Shown here piece by piece: positions 1 to 7,890 of a stretch of 51,383 nucleotides of DNA. How positions within the stretch are numbered: the stretch's first letter is position 1; every line of letters starts with the position of its first letter. Source of the stretch: a virus (lineage: Duplodnaviria; Caudoviricetes); IMG/VR virus record IMGVR_UViG_3300037309_000103, positions 1-51,383 of that record; one strand, written 5' to 3'. The notes beneath the pieces were generated by a model that did no database searches, was not told where the DNA came from, and saw only the letters and a program-made list of their open reading frames with translations. The translations under genes and the position numbers were made by a program.

Positions 1-156
1 TCCAAGCAATACCCCGAAGTGGTCGGCGTCCTGCGGGCGGTCCGCAAGCCGACGTTCGACGAACTCCTCCAGAACCAGATCACCGCGGCCCAGGCGAAGG
101 GGAAGGGCCGGCTCGAAGACCTGTTCAAGGCCGAGGACGTGTGGACCGTCGAATGA
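1..156 (+). CDS. 3' end of 2-oxoacid:ferredoxin oxidoreductase beta subunit (host gene, partial)
   Basis: Frame 1 reads ...YPEVVGVLRAVRKPTFDELLQNQITAAQAKGKGRLEDLFKAEDVWTVE*, which resembles the C-terminus of KorB-type subunits. Confidence 0.7.
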   Translation, partial: SKQYPEVVGVLRAVRKPTFDELLQNQITAAQAKGKGRLEDLFKAEDVWTVE

Positions 157-241
157 GTCCGGATTGCGGAATGCGTACTGCGGAATAGAAAGCCAGGGAC
201 TCTTCCGTCCGCGTTTCGCACTCCGCGTTCCGAATCGAGCG

Positions 242-760
242 ATGATCTGCCCCAGCTGCGGGTACCTGAACTTGCCGGGGGCCGACTGGTGCCAGTGGTG
301 CCAGCTCGACCTCGCGTCGATCGATTTGCCGGCCCCGCACGACCGCGTCGAACGCAGCCTGATGCTGGACCCGGTGTCGGTCCTGGCCCCGAAGCCGCCG
401 ATCGCGCTGCCGACGGACGCGCTGCTCGGGCTGGCCGTCGCCCGCATGATCGACGACGGGGTCGGGGCCATCGTGGTGACGGACGCGGCCGGCGGTCTGG
501 TCGGGATTCTGACGGAACGGGACGTGCTGAACAAGGCCCCGCTCGGCCCCGGCTACGAGCGGCTCCGGGTCGGCGACTACATGACCCGCGACCCGGAAAC
601 GGTGGGCGTCGCCGACACCCTCGCGGTGGCCCTGGGGAAGATGGCGGGCGGGAACTACCGGCACGTCCCCGTCCTGGTCGCCAACCGGCCCGTCGGCCTG
701 ATCGCAGTCCGCGACATCCTCGCGCACATCAACATGCTGTGTCGAAAACCCGACGGTTGA
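242..760 (+). CDS. Zinc-ribbon + CBS-pair protein (host gene)
   Basis: N-terminal CPSC...CQWC; CBS motifs LVGILTERD, YMTRDPETV, YRHVPV...VGLIAVRDIL; ATG at 242. Confidence 0.85.
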   Translation: MICPSCGYLNLPGADWCQWCQLDLASIDLPAPHDRVERSLMLDPVSVLAPKPPIALPTDALLGLAVARMIDDGVGAIVVTDAAGGLVGILTERDVLNKAPLGPGYERLRVGDYMTRDPETVGVADTLAVALGKMAGGNYRHVPVLVANRPVGLIAVRDILAHINMLCRKPDG

Positions 761-769
761 AAGCTGCGA

Positions 770-1009
770 CTACTTCCTCTTCCCTTTGAACCGCACCCCG
801 GCCGACGGCGAGTCCAGAAACGGCTCAGGCGGAGGGGGTTCCGGCTTCCGCTTCGGTGGCGGGAACGCCATGTGCCGACGCAGTGCCTCCTCGATGACGT
901 GTCGAAGGGTCTCCTCTCGTTCGGACGCAAACCCGCGAAGCTGCTCCATCAGATCTTCGTCGATGGACTGCCCGAGTTGAACCGTCCCCTTCGCGAACTT
1001 CCGCCTCAT
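770..1009 (-). CDS. Ribbon-helix-helix-like transcriptional regulator
   Basis: TVQLGQSIDEDLMEQLRGFASEREETLRHVIEEALRRHM fits an RHH beta-helix-helix pattern; GGAGG RBS upstream of ATG 1009. Confidence 0.65.
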   Translation of the reverse strand: MRRKFAKGTVQLGQSIDEDLMEQLRGFASEREETLRHVIEEALRRHMAFPPPKRKPEPPPPEPFLDSPSAGVRFKGKRK

Positions 1010-1027
1010 AAATGTCCCTCCGCAGAC

Positions 1028-1106
1028 AGTATACGTCGAAGGCGGATTGTTTCTAGAAACTTCTCTCATTACCGAGCTTGCCAGTTTCTAGAAACTCCTC
1101 TATAGT
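1028..1106. promoter_or_regulatory. Divergent promoters with two palindromic operators (GTTTCTAGAAAC)
   Basis: Perfect 12-bp palindromes at 1049-1060 and 1084-1095. Plus strand TTGCCA(1078-1083)-N17-TATAGT(1101-1106); minus strand TATACT at 1028-1033. Confidence 0.75.
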
Positions 1107-1250
1107 TCTCTTGCACTCGACGCCGACGGTGATCGCGACACGCAGGAAGCCGATGGGTGCGGGTGGGTGAGACCTGAAAGCACTGACAACTCGGAAAGCC
1201 GAGTGACGGCCGGGAAAGACCGGCACTTTTTCCACACCGGAGCGACCGTC

Positions 1251-1541
1251 ATGGGACGCGGATACTCGGGGCTCGCCTACTCGAAGCGAGCGGAACTGGT
1301 TCGGAAGTCGGCGATTGAACACCACGCCAGCCGCTCGGCGGAAATTACGGGCGACGAATGCGACCTGTCCCGCCTGCCTGTCGGGGCCAAATTCGTGCGG
1401 AAGTGGCACCCCCACTTCGGCGTGTACGCCGTGGTCGCTCGCAAGAACGGGAGCATCTCGACCGAGGTGGCAACTGGGTCCGGCGACCGCGGCGAACTCC
1501 CACACTGGACCCGAGTCATTCCCGTTACCGAGGGAGTTTGA
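1251..1541 (+). CDS. Hypothetical protein
   Basis: ATG with GGAG upstream; stop overlaps the next start. Confidence 0.5.
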   Translation: MGRGYSGLAYSKRAELVRKSAIEHHASRSAEITGDECDLSRLPVGAKFVRKWHPHFGVYAVVARKNGSISTEVATGSGDRGELPHWTRVIPVTEGV

Positions 1542-1759
1542 TGACGACCGAGCAAGAAGTCGAAGCGTCCGCCCGCCGCCGGCGGCTCGACGACGCGGTC
1601 CGCCGCAAGCACGCGGCCGTCTGCGAGGAACTGGCCCGCGTCCGGCGTCTGCGGGAGGAGAACCCCGACCGCACGGGGATCGAGGACTATCTCCGCGACC
1701 TGGAGCGGGACCGGGCGAGCCTGGAAGCGATCGCGAAGCGAAGGGGGATCGATCTGTGA
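1541..1759 (+). CDS. Small helical hypothetical protein
   Basis: TGATG coupling, GGGAG RBS; MTTEQEVEAS... Confidence 0.6.
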   Translation: MTTEQEVEASARRRRLDDAVRRKHAAVCEELARVRRLREENPDRTGIEDYLRDLERDRASLEAIAKRRGIDL

Positions 1760-1956
1760 ACACCCCGACCGAGGAACTGCTCGAAACCGCGGACTGGCTC
1801 GACGAGCGGGCCGCGGTCCTGGAACGTGTCAGTTCCGCACCTCGCAAGGAACTGAGCGAGGTTCTTCGACAGGAGATCGCGAAAATCCGAGGGCGTGCGT
1901 GGCTCCTTCGGTTTAACGCGACAAATCAAATCCCCATCGCGGAGGCCAAGCAGTGA
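1756..1956 (+). CDS. Small hypothetical protein
   Basis: GTGA overlap; VNTPTEELLETADWLDER... Confidence 0.55.
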   Translation: MNTPTEELLETADWLDERAAVLERVSSAPRKELSEVLRQEIAKIRGRAWLLRFNATNQIPIAEAKQ

Positions 1957-2123
1957 CACTTCACGAAGACGCCGTCTGGTACATGCTCGACCAGATCAAG
2001 CAGCGGCCGGACCTGCTGTACTTGCTCGCCCACACCGAAGCGTGGGCGAAGCTGTGCAAGGCGGAAGCCGAGCGAACTCGGCGACCAGTCGAAGAGGTTC
2101 GCGAATGGTCGCTGACTGACTAA
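1953..2123 (+). CDS. Small hypothetical protein (56 aa, not in ORF track)
   Basis: GTGA overlap, GGAGG RBS; VTLHEDAVWYMLDQIKQRPDLLYLLAHTEAWAKL... Confidence 0.55.
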   Translation: MTLHEDAVWYMLDQIKQRPDLLYLLAHTEAWAKLCKAEAERTRRPVEEVREWSLTD

Positions 2124-2143
2124 AGGCCGAGGCCGTCCGGCGA

Positions 2144-2305
2144 ATGAAACGACATCACGCGAAGCCGAAGGGCGAATGCAAGTCGCTCGGCTGCTCGCAA
2201 CCGGCCTCGGAAGGCGACACGATGTGTCCGGAGCACGCCGAGAAGCGGCGGACGTACTGGGTCAAGTACAACGCGAAGCGACGGGGTCGGCCGGTCAAGG
2301 AATGA
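2144..2305 (+). CDS. Small basic Cys/His zinc-finger-like protein (53 aa, not in ORF track)
   Basis: MKRHHAKPKGECKSLGCSQPASEGDTMCPEHAEKRR...; C-x4-C...C-x2-H pattern. Confidence 0.55.
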   Translation: MKRHHAKPKGECKSLGCSQPASEGDTMCPEHAEKRRTYWVKYNAKRRGRPVKE

Positions 2306-2646
2306 CTCGCACCCGAACCTCCGTCCGCGCCGGAACCCGCTCCCCATCCCATCGCACCCACGCCCGGTGGGTGACGACCTCGACTGTGCAGATCGCGTCC
2401 CGCAGCTTCGCTGGGTCGGTCCCCTCGGGCACGAACAGCGTCCGCCACTGGTCGCCCGGCCCGGCCATGTCGTACACGTCCCCAGCCGTCGAAGGTGCCC
2501 TCTTGTGGGCCGATCGCGGGCGCGGTGACGAGGACCTCGACGCCGGCGATCGCCGCGGCCTGGGCGGTGGTCAGCCTCGCGGGGTCGACCGTCGGGCGGG
2601 TGACGACGGGGTCGGCGGCGAGCAGGAGCAGGATGAGAGGGAGCAT
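2295..2646 (-). pseudogene. Exported hypothetical protein with a +1 frameshift near 2480
   Basis: MLPLILLLLAADP...TFDGW joins DVYDMAGPGDQWRTLF... if one G is removed from TGGGGAC. Confidence 0.55.
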
Positions 2647-2663
2647 GGGGTCATGATACGAAC

Positions 2664-2689
2664 GCGGCCCCGGAGTGATCCGGGGCCGC
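2664..2689. terminator. GC-rich stem-loop, possible terminator of the late operon
   Basis: GCGGCCCCGGA-gtga-TCCGGGGCCGC, perfect 11-bp stem; U-tract is weak. Confidence 0.45.
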
Positions 2690-2717
2690 TCGCTTTGACG
2701 GGTGCAGGCATCCGCAC

Positions 2718-3032
2718 TTATCGGATCACCGTCCGCTGGCGGATCACCTGCTTTTGCTGAACCACCTTCTGCACCTGTACGGCCTGCACGACCTTCTGCA
2801 CTTGAACCTGCTGGACAACGGCGTGCTGCACGATCGCGGCCGGCTGGTACACCTGCACGAGCGGGGCGGACGGCACGACGTAGGCTTGCAGTTGAACGAC
2901 GGGGGCCACGACCACGGCTTGCGGCGCGGCGTAGACCTGCTGGACTTGCTGAACGACCGGGGCGGCGCAGTGTTGGGCGGACACGCCACCCACGCACAGC
3001 ACGACCACGGCCAGGGCAATCAAAGCACGCAT
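2718..3032 (-). CDS. Secreted Gln/Val-rich low-complexity protein
   Basis: Signal peptide MRALIALAVVVLCVGGVSA followed by VVQQVQVQKVVQ repeats. Confidence 0.7.
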   Translation of the reverse strand: MRALIALAVVVLCVGGVSAQHCAAPVVQQVQQVYAAPQAVVVAPVVQLQAYVVPSAPLVQVYQPAAIVQHAVVQQVQVQKVVQAVQVQKVVQQKQVIRQRTVIR

Positions 3033-3043
3033 GGGAGTGAACC

Positions 3044-3556
3044 TCACTTCTTCGGATCGAAACACGCCAGCACCAACGCGGTGCGGGCTTTCTCGTCAAG
3101 AGTTTTGCCCTTTGGCATACGTCCTTCGAGGACTTCCTTCGCGAACATCTTCAGCGTGGCCGGGGGCAGGGCGTCGAAGTCGAACACATGCCCCGCGCCC
3201 TTTGCCGCGGTCCCCGAGTGGCAACCCGCACAGTTCGCACGGAGCAAGCCTACCTCCTTCGGAAGAGGTGCTTTCAAGGGGACGGGTTCACCGGCACGAC
3301 CGGCGAGCAGTTCCTCGATTCGCCCCAGTCGATCCGTCAGCCGGTCGATCGACGCGGCGAGTGCTGCCGGGTCCGGATACTGCACCCCATAGGCCGGTGC
3401 GTATTGCGGGGCGACGTATTGCGGCTGAACGTAGACCGTCGGCGGGCTTCCCCGGACCAGCGGCGCGAGGCAGGCTAGGGCGACGATCGCGAGCACGGCC
3501 AGGGCGAGCCGGGGGCCGCGGAACGGGCTAGCGGGGACGGTTGCGGTCGCGATCAT
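3044..3556 (-). CDS. Exported monoheme c-type cytochrome domain protein (planctomycete cytochrome c-like)
   Basis: Hydrophobic N-terminus, CAGCH heme motif, distal GRMPKGK Met; ATGA overlap with the upstream gene. Confidence 0.7.
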   Translation of the reverse strand: MIATATVPASPFRGPRLALAVLAIVALACLAPLVRGSPPTVYVQPQYVAPQYAPAYGVQYPDPAALAASIDRLTDRLGRIEELLAGRAGEPVPLKAPLPKEVGLLRANCAGCHSGTAAKGAGHVFDFDALPPATLKMFAKEVLEGRMPKGKTLDEKARTALVLACFDPKK

Positions 3557-4953
3557 TTGCTCTCCAGTGCGGTCATGAGTAACGGCATGATCTCCTCGAA
3601 CTGTTCGCGTCTCATTGCTCGCGGCTCCCGTCCCACGAACAGCAGCAACACCGGGTCGTTGACTTGGGTCCGCTTCGCGTAGGCGTCGATTCGCCTCACG
3701 AACTCCGCGGGCTCGAACCCCGTCTCGGCCGCAGCGCGGGCCACGTCGACCGGCTCGTCGAGGTACCGCGACCACTGCCGCGAGAACGCCTCGGACAGTC
3801 CGGCCGGGGTCATGCCGCTGGCCCGCGTGATGGCCTTCCCGAACTTCGACACATCCCCTTCCCACGGCTCGACGATCTCTTCGGAGTACGCCGCCTGAAT
3901 CCGCCGCTGCAACTGTGGGTCAAGGGCTCGCAATCGCTCGGCCGAGAACTGCCGGCGGTAGAGGTCGTCGAACGCGATCAGCCCGGCCCGCGTGTGACAC
4001 CGCACGCAGGACAGCCCGACGTGAACCCGCTTGTCGTTGCTCGGACTCTTCGAGTCGGCCGCGATGTCCGGGGGAGCGCTCGCGATCCCCTTCCCCGCGG
4101 CGTCGGACAAATAAAAGAACGGCAACCGGTTGGGCAGCTCTGCTACGATCTCCTCCGCGTCGTGCCGGTAGTCGCCGAACAGGTTCCTCACCGCGTTCTT
4201 GTCGCCGCGACCGTTGCTCTCGGCCTTCACGTCGCGGGACTCCCACCACACCCCGCCGATCGTGTCGAAGCGGAACAGTTGCCGGCCCTGCAACGCGACG
4301 CCTGATTGCTCGACGACCGCCGCCAGTTCCCGCCGTCGGGCCTCGGCTTTCTTCCTGTCGAGCCCGGCCAGGTCCTCGGCGTCCTTCCGCGACGGGATTT
4401 CCAGGAAGTTCAAGTAGCCGAACCCGTCCCGCCCCTCTTGAATCGCCGTGCGGTTCAGGAACCAGTCAGCCCGAACGATGGGCGTCTCGCTTCCCGTGGT
4501 CGCGATCAGGTAGGCGAGGTCAGTCGCTGGTAGCCACGGCGCACCGGCCGGGACCGTGGCCCCCTTCGCGTCGAGGGTCTGGACATGGAAGTAAGGCTCG
4601 ACGGCTCCCTTCGCGAAAATGAGCGAGCCGAACCTCTCCCGTTTCCATGCGTAATCGTCCAACACCACCGCAAACAGCCACGGGGCAACCCGCCGCGGTG
4701 GGGCCAGCACAGCTTCCCGAGACAGTGAGTTGACCCAGAAAGAGGTGACGGCATAAATCTCCCCTCGTTCCGCTGGCGGGAAGTTGTGAGCGGACAGGTA
4801 TCGCGTCTGCAAGGCTCGGGCTGGGTCGATCGCGGCCACCCGTCGCAGGTCGGCAGCCGCAACCCGGACCGCGTCGGCCGGGGTCAGGATCGCGGCGTCC
4901 GGGGCCGGCCAGGCACCGACACCGAGAACAGCGCAGAGGGCGAGCGGCGTCAC
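3553..4953 (-). CDS. Exported CxxCH-containing protein of a planctomycete family
   Basis: Signal peptide; TRYLSAHN, PIVRADWF, LPNRLP, APPDIAAD and GLSCVRCH motifs. Confidence 0.7.
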   Translation of the reverse strand: MTPLALCAVLGVGAWPAPDAAILTPADAVRVAAADLRRVAAIDPARALQTRYLSAHNFPPAERGEIYAVTSFWVNSLSREAVLAPPRRVAPWLFAVVLDDYAWKRERFGSLIFAKGAVEPYFHVQTLDAKGATVPAGAPWLPATDLAYLIATTGSETPIVRADWFLNRTAIQEGRDGFGYLNFLEIPSRKDAEDLAGLDRKKAEARRRELAAVVEQSGVALQGRQLFRFDTIGGVWWESRDVKAESNGRGDKNAVRNLFGDYRHDAEEIVAELPNRLPFFYLSDAAGKGIASAPPDIAADSKSPSNDKRVHVGLSCVRCHTRAGLIAFDDLYRRQFSAERLRALDPQLQRRIQAAYSEEIVEPWEGDVSKFGKAITRASGMTPAGLSEAFSRQWSRYLDEPVDVARAAAETGFEPAEFVRRIDAYAKRTQVNDPVLLLFVGREPRAMRREQFEEIMPLLMTALESK

Positions 4954-4972
4954 GTCGTCGTCCTCCCTGGGG

Positions 4973-5914
4973 TCACTTCTGGACCTTGAACCCGGCCTTC
5001 TCCATCGCCTCGATCACGTCGCTGGTCTTGGCCTGCACCGGGAACGTCAGCACATCCACCGGCCCGGCCGGGGCCTTGTCCCGCTTGCGGTAGCCGATCC
5101 CGATCATCCGCGTGTAGTCGCGGGCTTGTTCGCGGGGAATCGAAGCGGTGTACATGGGTCGCATGACCGCGGGGGCCTGGGGGTCGTCGTGGGCCAGCCC
5201 GAGCACGTGGCCAATCTCGTGGCACGCGACGGTTCGCAGGCTGAGCAGGCCGGACGCCGGTGGGCCAGCGGTCCACCGCTCGTTCACGTCGTAGAGTTGG
5301 TCCTTCGGCCGCATCGTCCCGTCTGCGAGGTAGGACCACGCGAGCGTCCCGGATGGCCCATCGATCCTCCCGAACTTAATCCGGACCATCGCCGCGTTCG
5401 GGTCGGTCACTTCCACGGGCTCGATCTCGATTCCCTCCGCCCACCAGTTCCAGGCGATTCGGAACTCGCCGGCGAGTGCATCCCGCGAGATTGGTGGTCG
5501 GACGCTTGCGGCGGATTCATAGTCCAAGTGGTAGGTGATGCGTTTCTGCGGCCAGGGTTGGCCGTTGTTCTCCGCGTGCTCGACCCCTTCGGCCCCACCT
5601 TCGTAGCGTGCCCCTTCGTAGTTGAAAGGCACACCGTCGAGCGGGTCGACCATCGGCGCCGGCACGGGGATCACTTCCGGTGGGATGCCGAGTCTCGCGA
5701 GCAACGCACCGACGACCGCGGCCACCGCCCACGCGAGCACCTTGCGAATCAGCGGGGCGTACCGCACCTGCCACGAGTCTGTCGCCGGGGTCGGGGTTTG
5801 CGTCGGCATCACGGGAGGGACGCTGCCCGGTTCCGTCGGCAACGTTGGCACGGTTGCCGCGCCGCCCGCCGACGGGGACAGGATTTCGCGGATCAGGGTT
5901 CGGATCGGTCCCAT
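4973..5914 (-). CDS. Membrane-anchored matrixin (M10-like) zinc metalloprotease
   Basis: HEIGHVLGLAH (HExxHxxGxxH), Met-turn AVMRPMY, DGPSGTLAWSY; TM segment VLAWAVAAVVGALLA; GAGGT RBS at 5914 (alternative start 6013). Confidence 0.85.
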   Translation of the reverse strand: MGPIRTLIREILSPSAGGAATVPTLPTEPGSVPPVMPTQTPTPATDSWQVRYAPLIRKVLAWAVAAVVGALLARLGIPPEVIPVPAPMVDPLDGVPFNYEGARYEGGAEGVEHAENNGQPWPQKRITYHLDYESAASVRPPISRDALAGEFRIAWNWWAEGIEIEPVEVTDPNAAMVRIKFGRIDGPSGTLAWSYLADGTMRPKDQLYDVNERWTAGPPASGLLSLRTVACHEIGHVLGLAHDDPQAPAVMRPMYTASIPREQARDYTRMIGIGYRKRDKAPAGPVDVLTFPVQAKTSDVIEAMEKAGFKVQK

Positions 5915-6009
5915 CGGGCACCTCGTTGAGTCAAGGGTTTCGAGCTTCCCACCAATGTCGGCACGCCTCGCACTGATACCACTCGGGCAGCAGGTGCCGG
6001 CACTGGGGG

Positions 6010-6618
6010 TCATGTGAGTTTCCCCATCACCTCGTCCACGACCCCCGCCAGGTCCCACGGACCCGGCCCGATCAACTGTACCTCGATGTACCGGGGCAGT
6101 TGTCGTGCCCGCGAGACTTCATCTCCGACCGCGACGAACAAACTGTACGGGTCCACCCCACCCCGGTCGGCTATCTCGGTCCAAACATCTTGCGGGAGGA
6201 ACGCGCGGGTTTGCCGGCCCGCTGTCGTGTCCGCTGGTGGCACATCGAACAGGATGCCCACACCGATCGTCGCGGAGTCGAACAATCCGAACCCACGGCT
6301 GATACCGTTCGCCGCGGGGTCCACGCCTTTCGGTTCCGCTGGCGCCTCCGACTCCGACAGCACCCGCTCACCCGCCGCAGCGAGCAGCAACCGCATCGCC
6401 TCGGAATTCACGCCGAGTCTCGAATCCGGGTCGGCGACGTACACGCTCCACTCCTCAGCCCCGGTCGCGTCCTGCCGAACCACCCGGGGGCCCCCGCCGT
6501 CGCCCGCGAGGTGCAGGGTGTCGCCACCGTCGAGGTACAGCGCCGTGCTCGGCACCTCCGGGAACGGGGACGCGGACGGGAGACGGCGGGGGTCTAGGGT
6601 GAGCGGGTGCGGCGCCAT
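6010..6618 (-). CDS. Hypothetical protein with one FG-GAP-like repeat fragment
   Basis: GDGGGPRVVRQDATGAEEWSVYVADPDSRLGVN resembles Gemmataceae GGGPRVRVFDG...FRGGV repeats. Confidence 0.5.
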   Translation of the reverse strand: MAPHPLTLDPRRLPSASPFPEVPSTALYLDGGDTLHLAGDGGGPRVVRQDATGAEEWSVYVADPDSRLGVNSEAMRLLLAAAGERVLSESEAPAEPKGVDPAANGISRGFGLFDSATIGVGILFDVPPADTTAGRQTRAFLPQDVWTEIADRGGVDPYSLFVAVGDEVSRARQLPRYIEVQLIGPGPWDLAGVVDEVMGKLT

Positions 6619-6658
6619 GTCGTGTGTCCGTGCGTTCACCAATGACGATTATGCAGCG

Positions 6659-7038
6659 TTACGCGGGGCCGCCGTCTGTGATCGTCCACGGGGTCGCTGC
6701 GATCGTCGCCCGGTTCGCCGCCGGTGCCCCTGCCCCGTACTTCGCGGACCCGGCGGAGAATGTCACGTTGGGCTGCCGTGACTGGATTGCCCACGCGGCG
6801 AGCAACAGTTCATAGTTTGCCTGAGCAAATCCGGAACCCGTGAACATGGCCGTCATGTTCGTCACGCTCGACGTGTCGAAGTTGGCGACACCGCTGCGCC
6901 CGGATTGACGCAGACTTCAAACGCGACGACGCCCGACCATGTGCCCGATAACTCGACGCCGACCGCGGTCAGGTCCCCGGTGGGGATCTCGACGGTGTCG
7001 TTCAGGTTCGTCAGTGTGCCGGTCTTCGTCTGTGCCAC
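6659..7038 (-). pseudogene. Internally deleted virion/surface protein with a BspA/DUF285-like C-terminus
   Basis: N-terminus VAQTKTGTLT...SGTWSGVVAFEV is joined out of frame near 6895 to NFDTSSVTNMTAMF...NYELLLAAW...WTITDGG. Confidence 0.6.
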
Positions 7039-7049
7039 AGCATTCTCCG

Positions 7050-7577
7050 TTACGGGTACCCGCGGCGGTACTCGCCCCACCGCCCCTTGACCCGGTCCCC
7101 CAGGTCGCTGACCGATCCGTACCCGCCGGCCTGTGTCGCTGCCGTCGGCCCCGCCACGTCGCCCGCCGCGAGCACCCGCCCGCTCAAGACGCGCGCCCCG
7201 AAGTCGCCCCCCGGCAAAATCGGCACGCCGCCCTCTGTCAGGACTGCGGACTCCATCTGTTCGCGGATGTCGAATTGCTTGATGAATTTGTCGTCATAGT
7301 TCGCAAGGCCGCCCCCTTGATTCAAGGACCAGAAGATGCCGAGCGTCGTGTTGTACGGAGCGGCCTGATCCGAGGACGCGATCTGGGCGGCGCTGTATCC
7401 TCGCCCGGTGAAGATCGACAGGATGTCGGCACACGCCTGCTGGTTCGCCTGCGTGACAATCGGCCCCCAGTAGTCGTCCAGGTCTTGAGACCCCGGCGAG
7501 GTCGAGTTGTACTTTTTCACGAGCGTCGCGACGTTCACGAGCAGAGCTGCGTCGGTGACGTAGGTCGCGATGGCCAT
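7050..7577 (-). CDS. Phage structural protein, possible head-tail adaptor
   Basis: 175 aa, GGAGGG RBS, lies downstream of the capsid genes; function assigned from position only. Confidence 0.5.
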   Translation of the reverse strand: MAIATYVTDAALLVNVATLVKKYNSTSPGSQDLDDYWGPIVTQANQQACADILSIFTGRGYSAAQIASSDQAAPYNTTLGIFWSLNQGGGLANYDDKFIKQFDIREQMESAVLTEGGVPILPGGDFGARVLSGRVLAAGDVAGPTAATQAGGYGSVSDLGDRVKGRWGEYRRGYP

Positions 7578-7580
7578 CGG

Positions 7581-7874
7581 TCACCCTCCCGCGGACTCCG
7601 ACCCGCCAGCTGACCCGGACTCGATCGCCGCCCGTAGTGTGTCCCGCTCGGCTGTCAGGTCGGCCATCTGGGACTGCGTCGCTGTCAACTGACTCCGGAC
7701 GGCGGCAAGTTCCGCCTCTTTCATACCGATGAGCCGGAACAGGTCGTCGACGGTCACGTTCACGGGATCGGCCTTGGAACATGGGATTGGGACGGGGCGA
7801 ACTCGCCGCCCGGTCCAGATGAGGATCGCGGCGACGGTCGCCGACAGTCCCAAAGAAGTCATCAGACCGATCAT
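7581..7874 (-). CDS. Small TM + coiled-coil protein
   Basis: GGAGG RBS; N-terminal TM segment; heptad region MKEAELAAVRSQL... Confidence 0.55.
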   Translation of the reverse strand: MIGLMTSLGLSATVAAILIWTGRRVRPVPIPCSKADPVNVTVDDLFRLIGMKEAELAAVRSQLTATQSQMADLTAERDTLRAAIESGSAGGSESAGG

Positions 7875-7890
7875 GCCGACTCGCCTCCGG

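Noticed and set aside
730-790. att site at the host/prophage junction
   Set aside because: No second copy, tRNA or integrase in the window, so it cannot be supported
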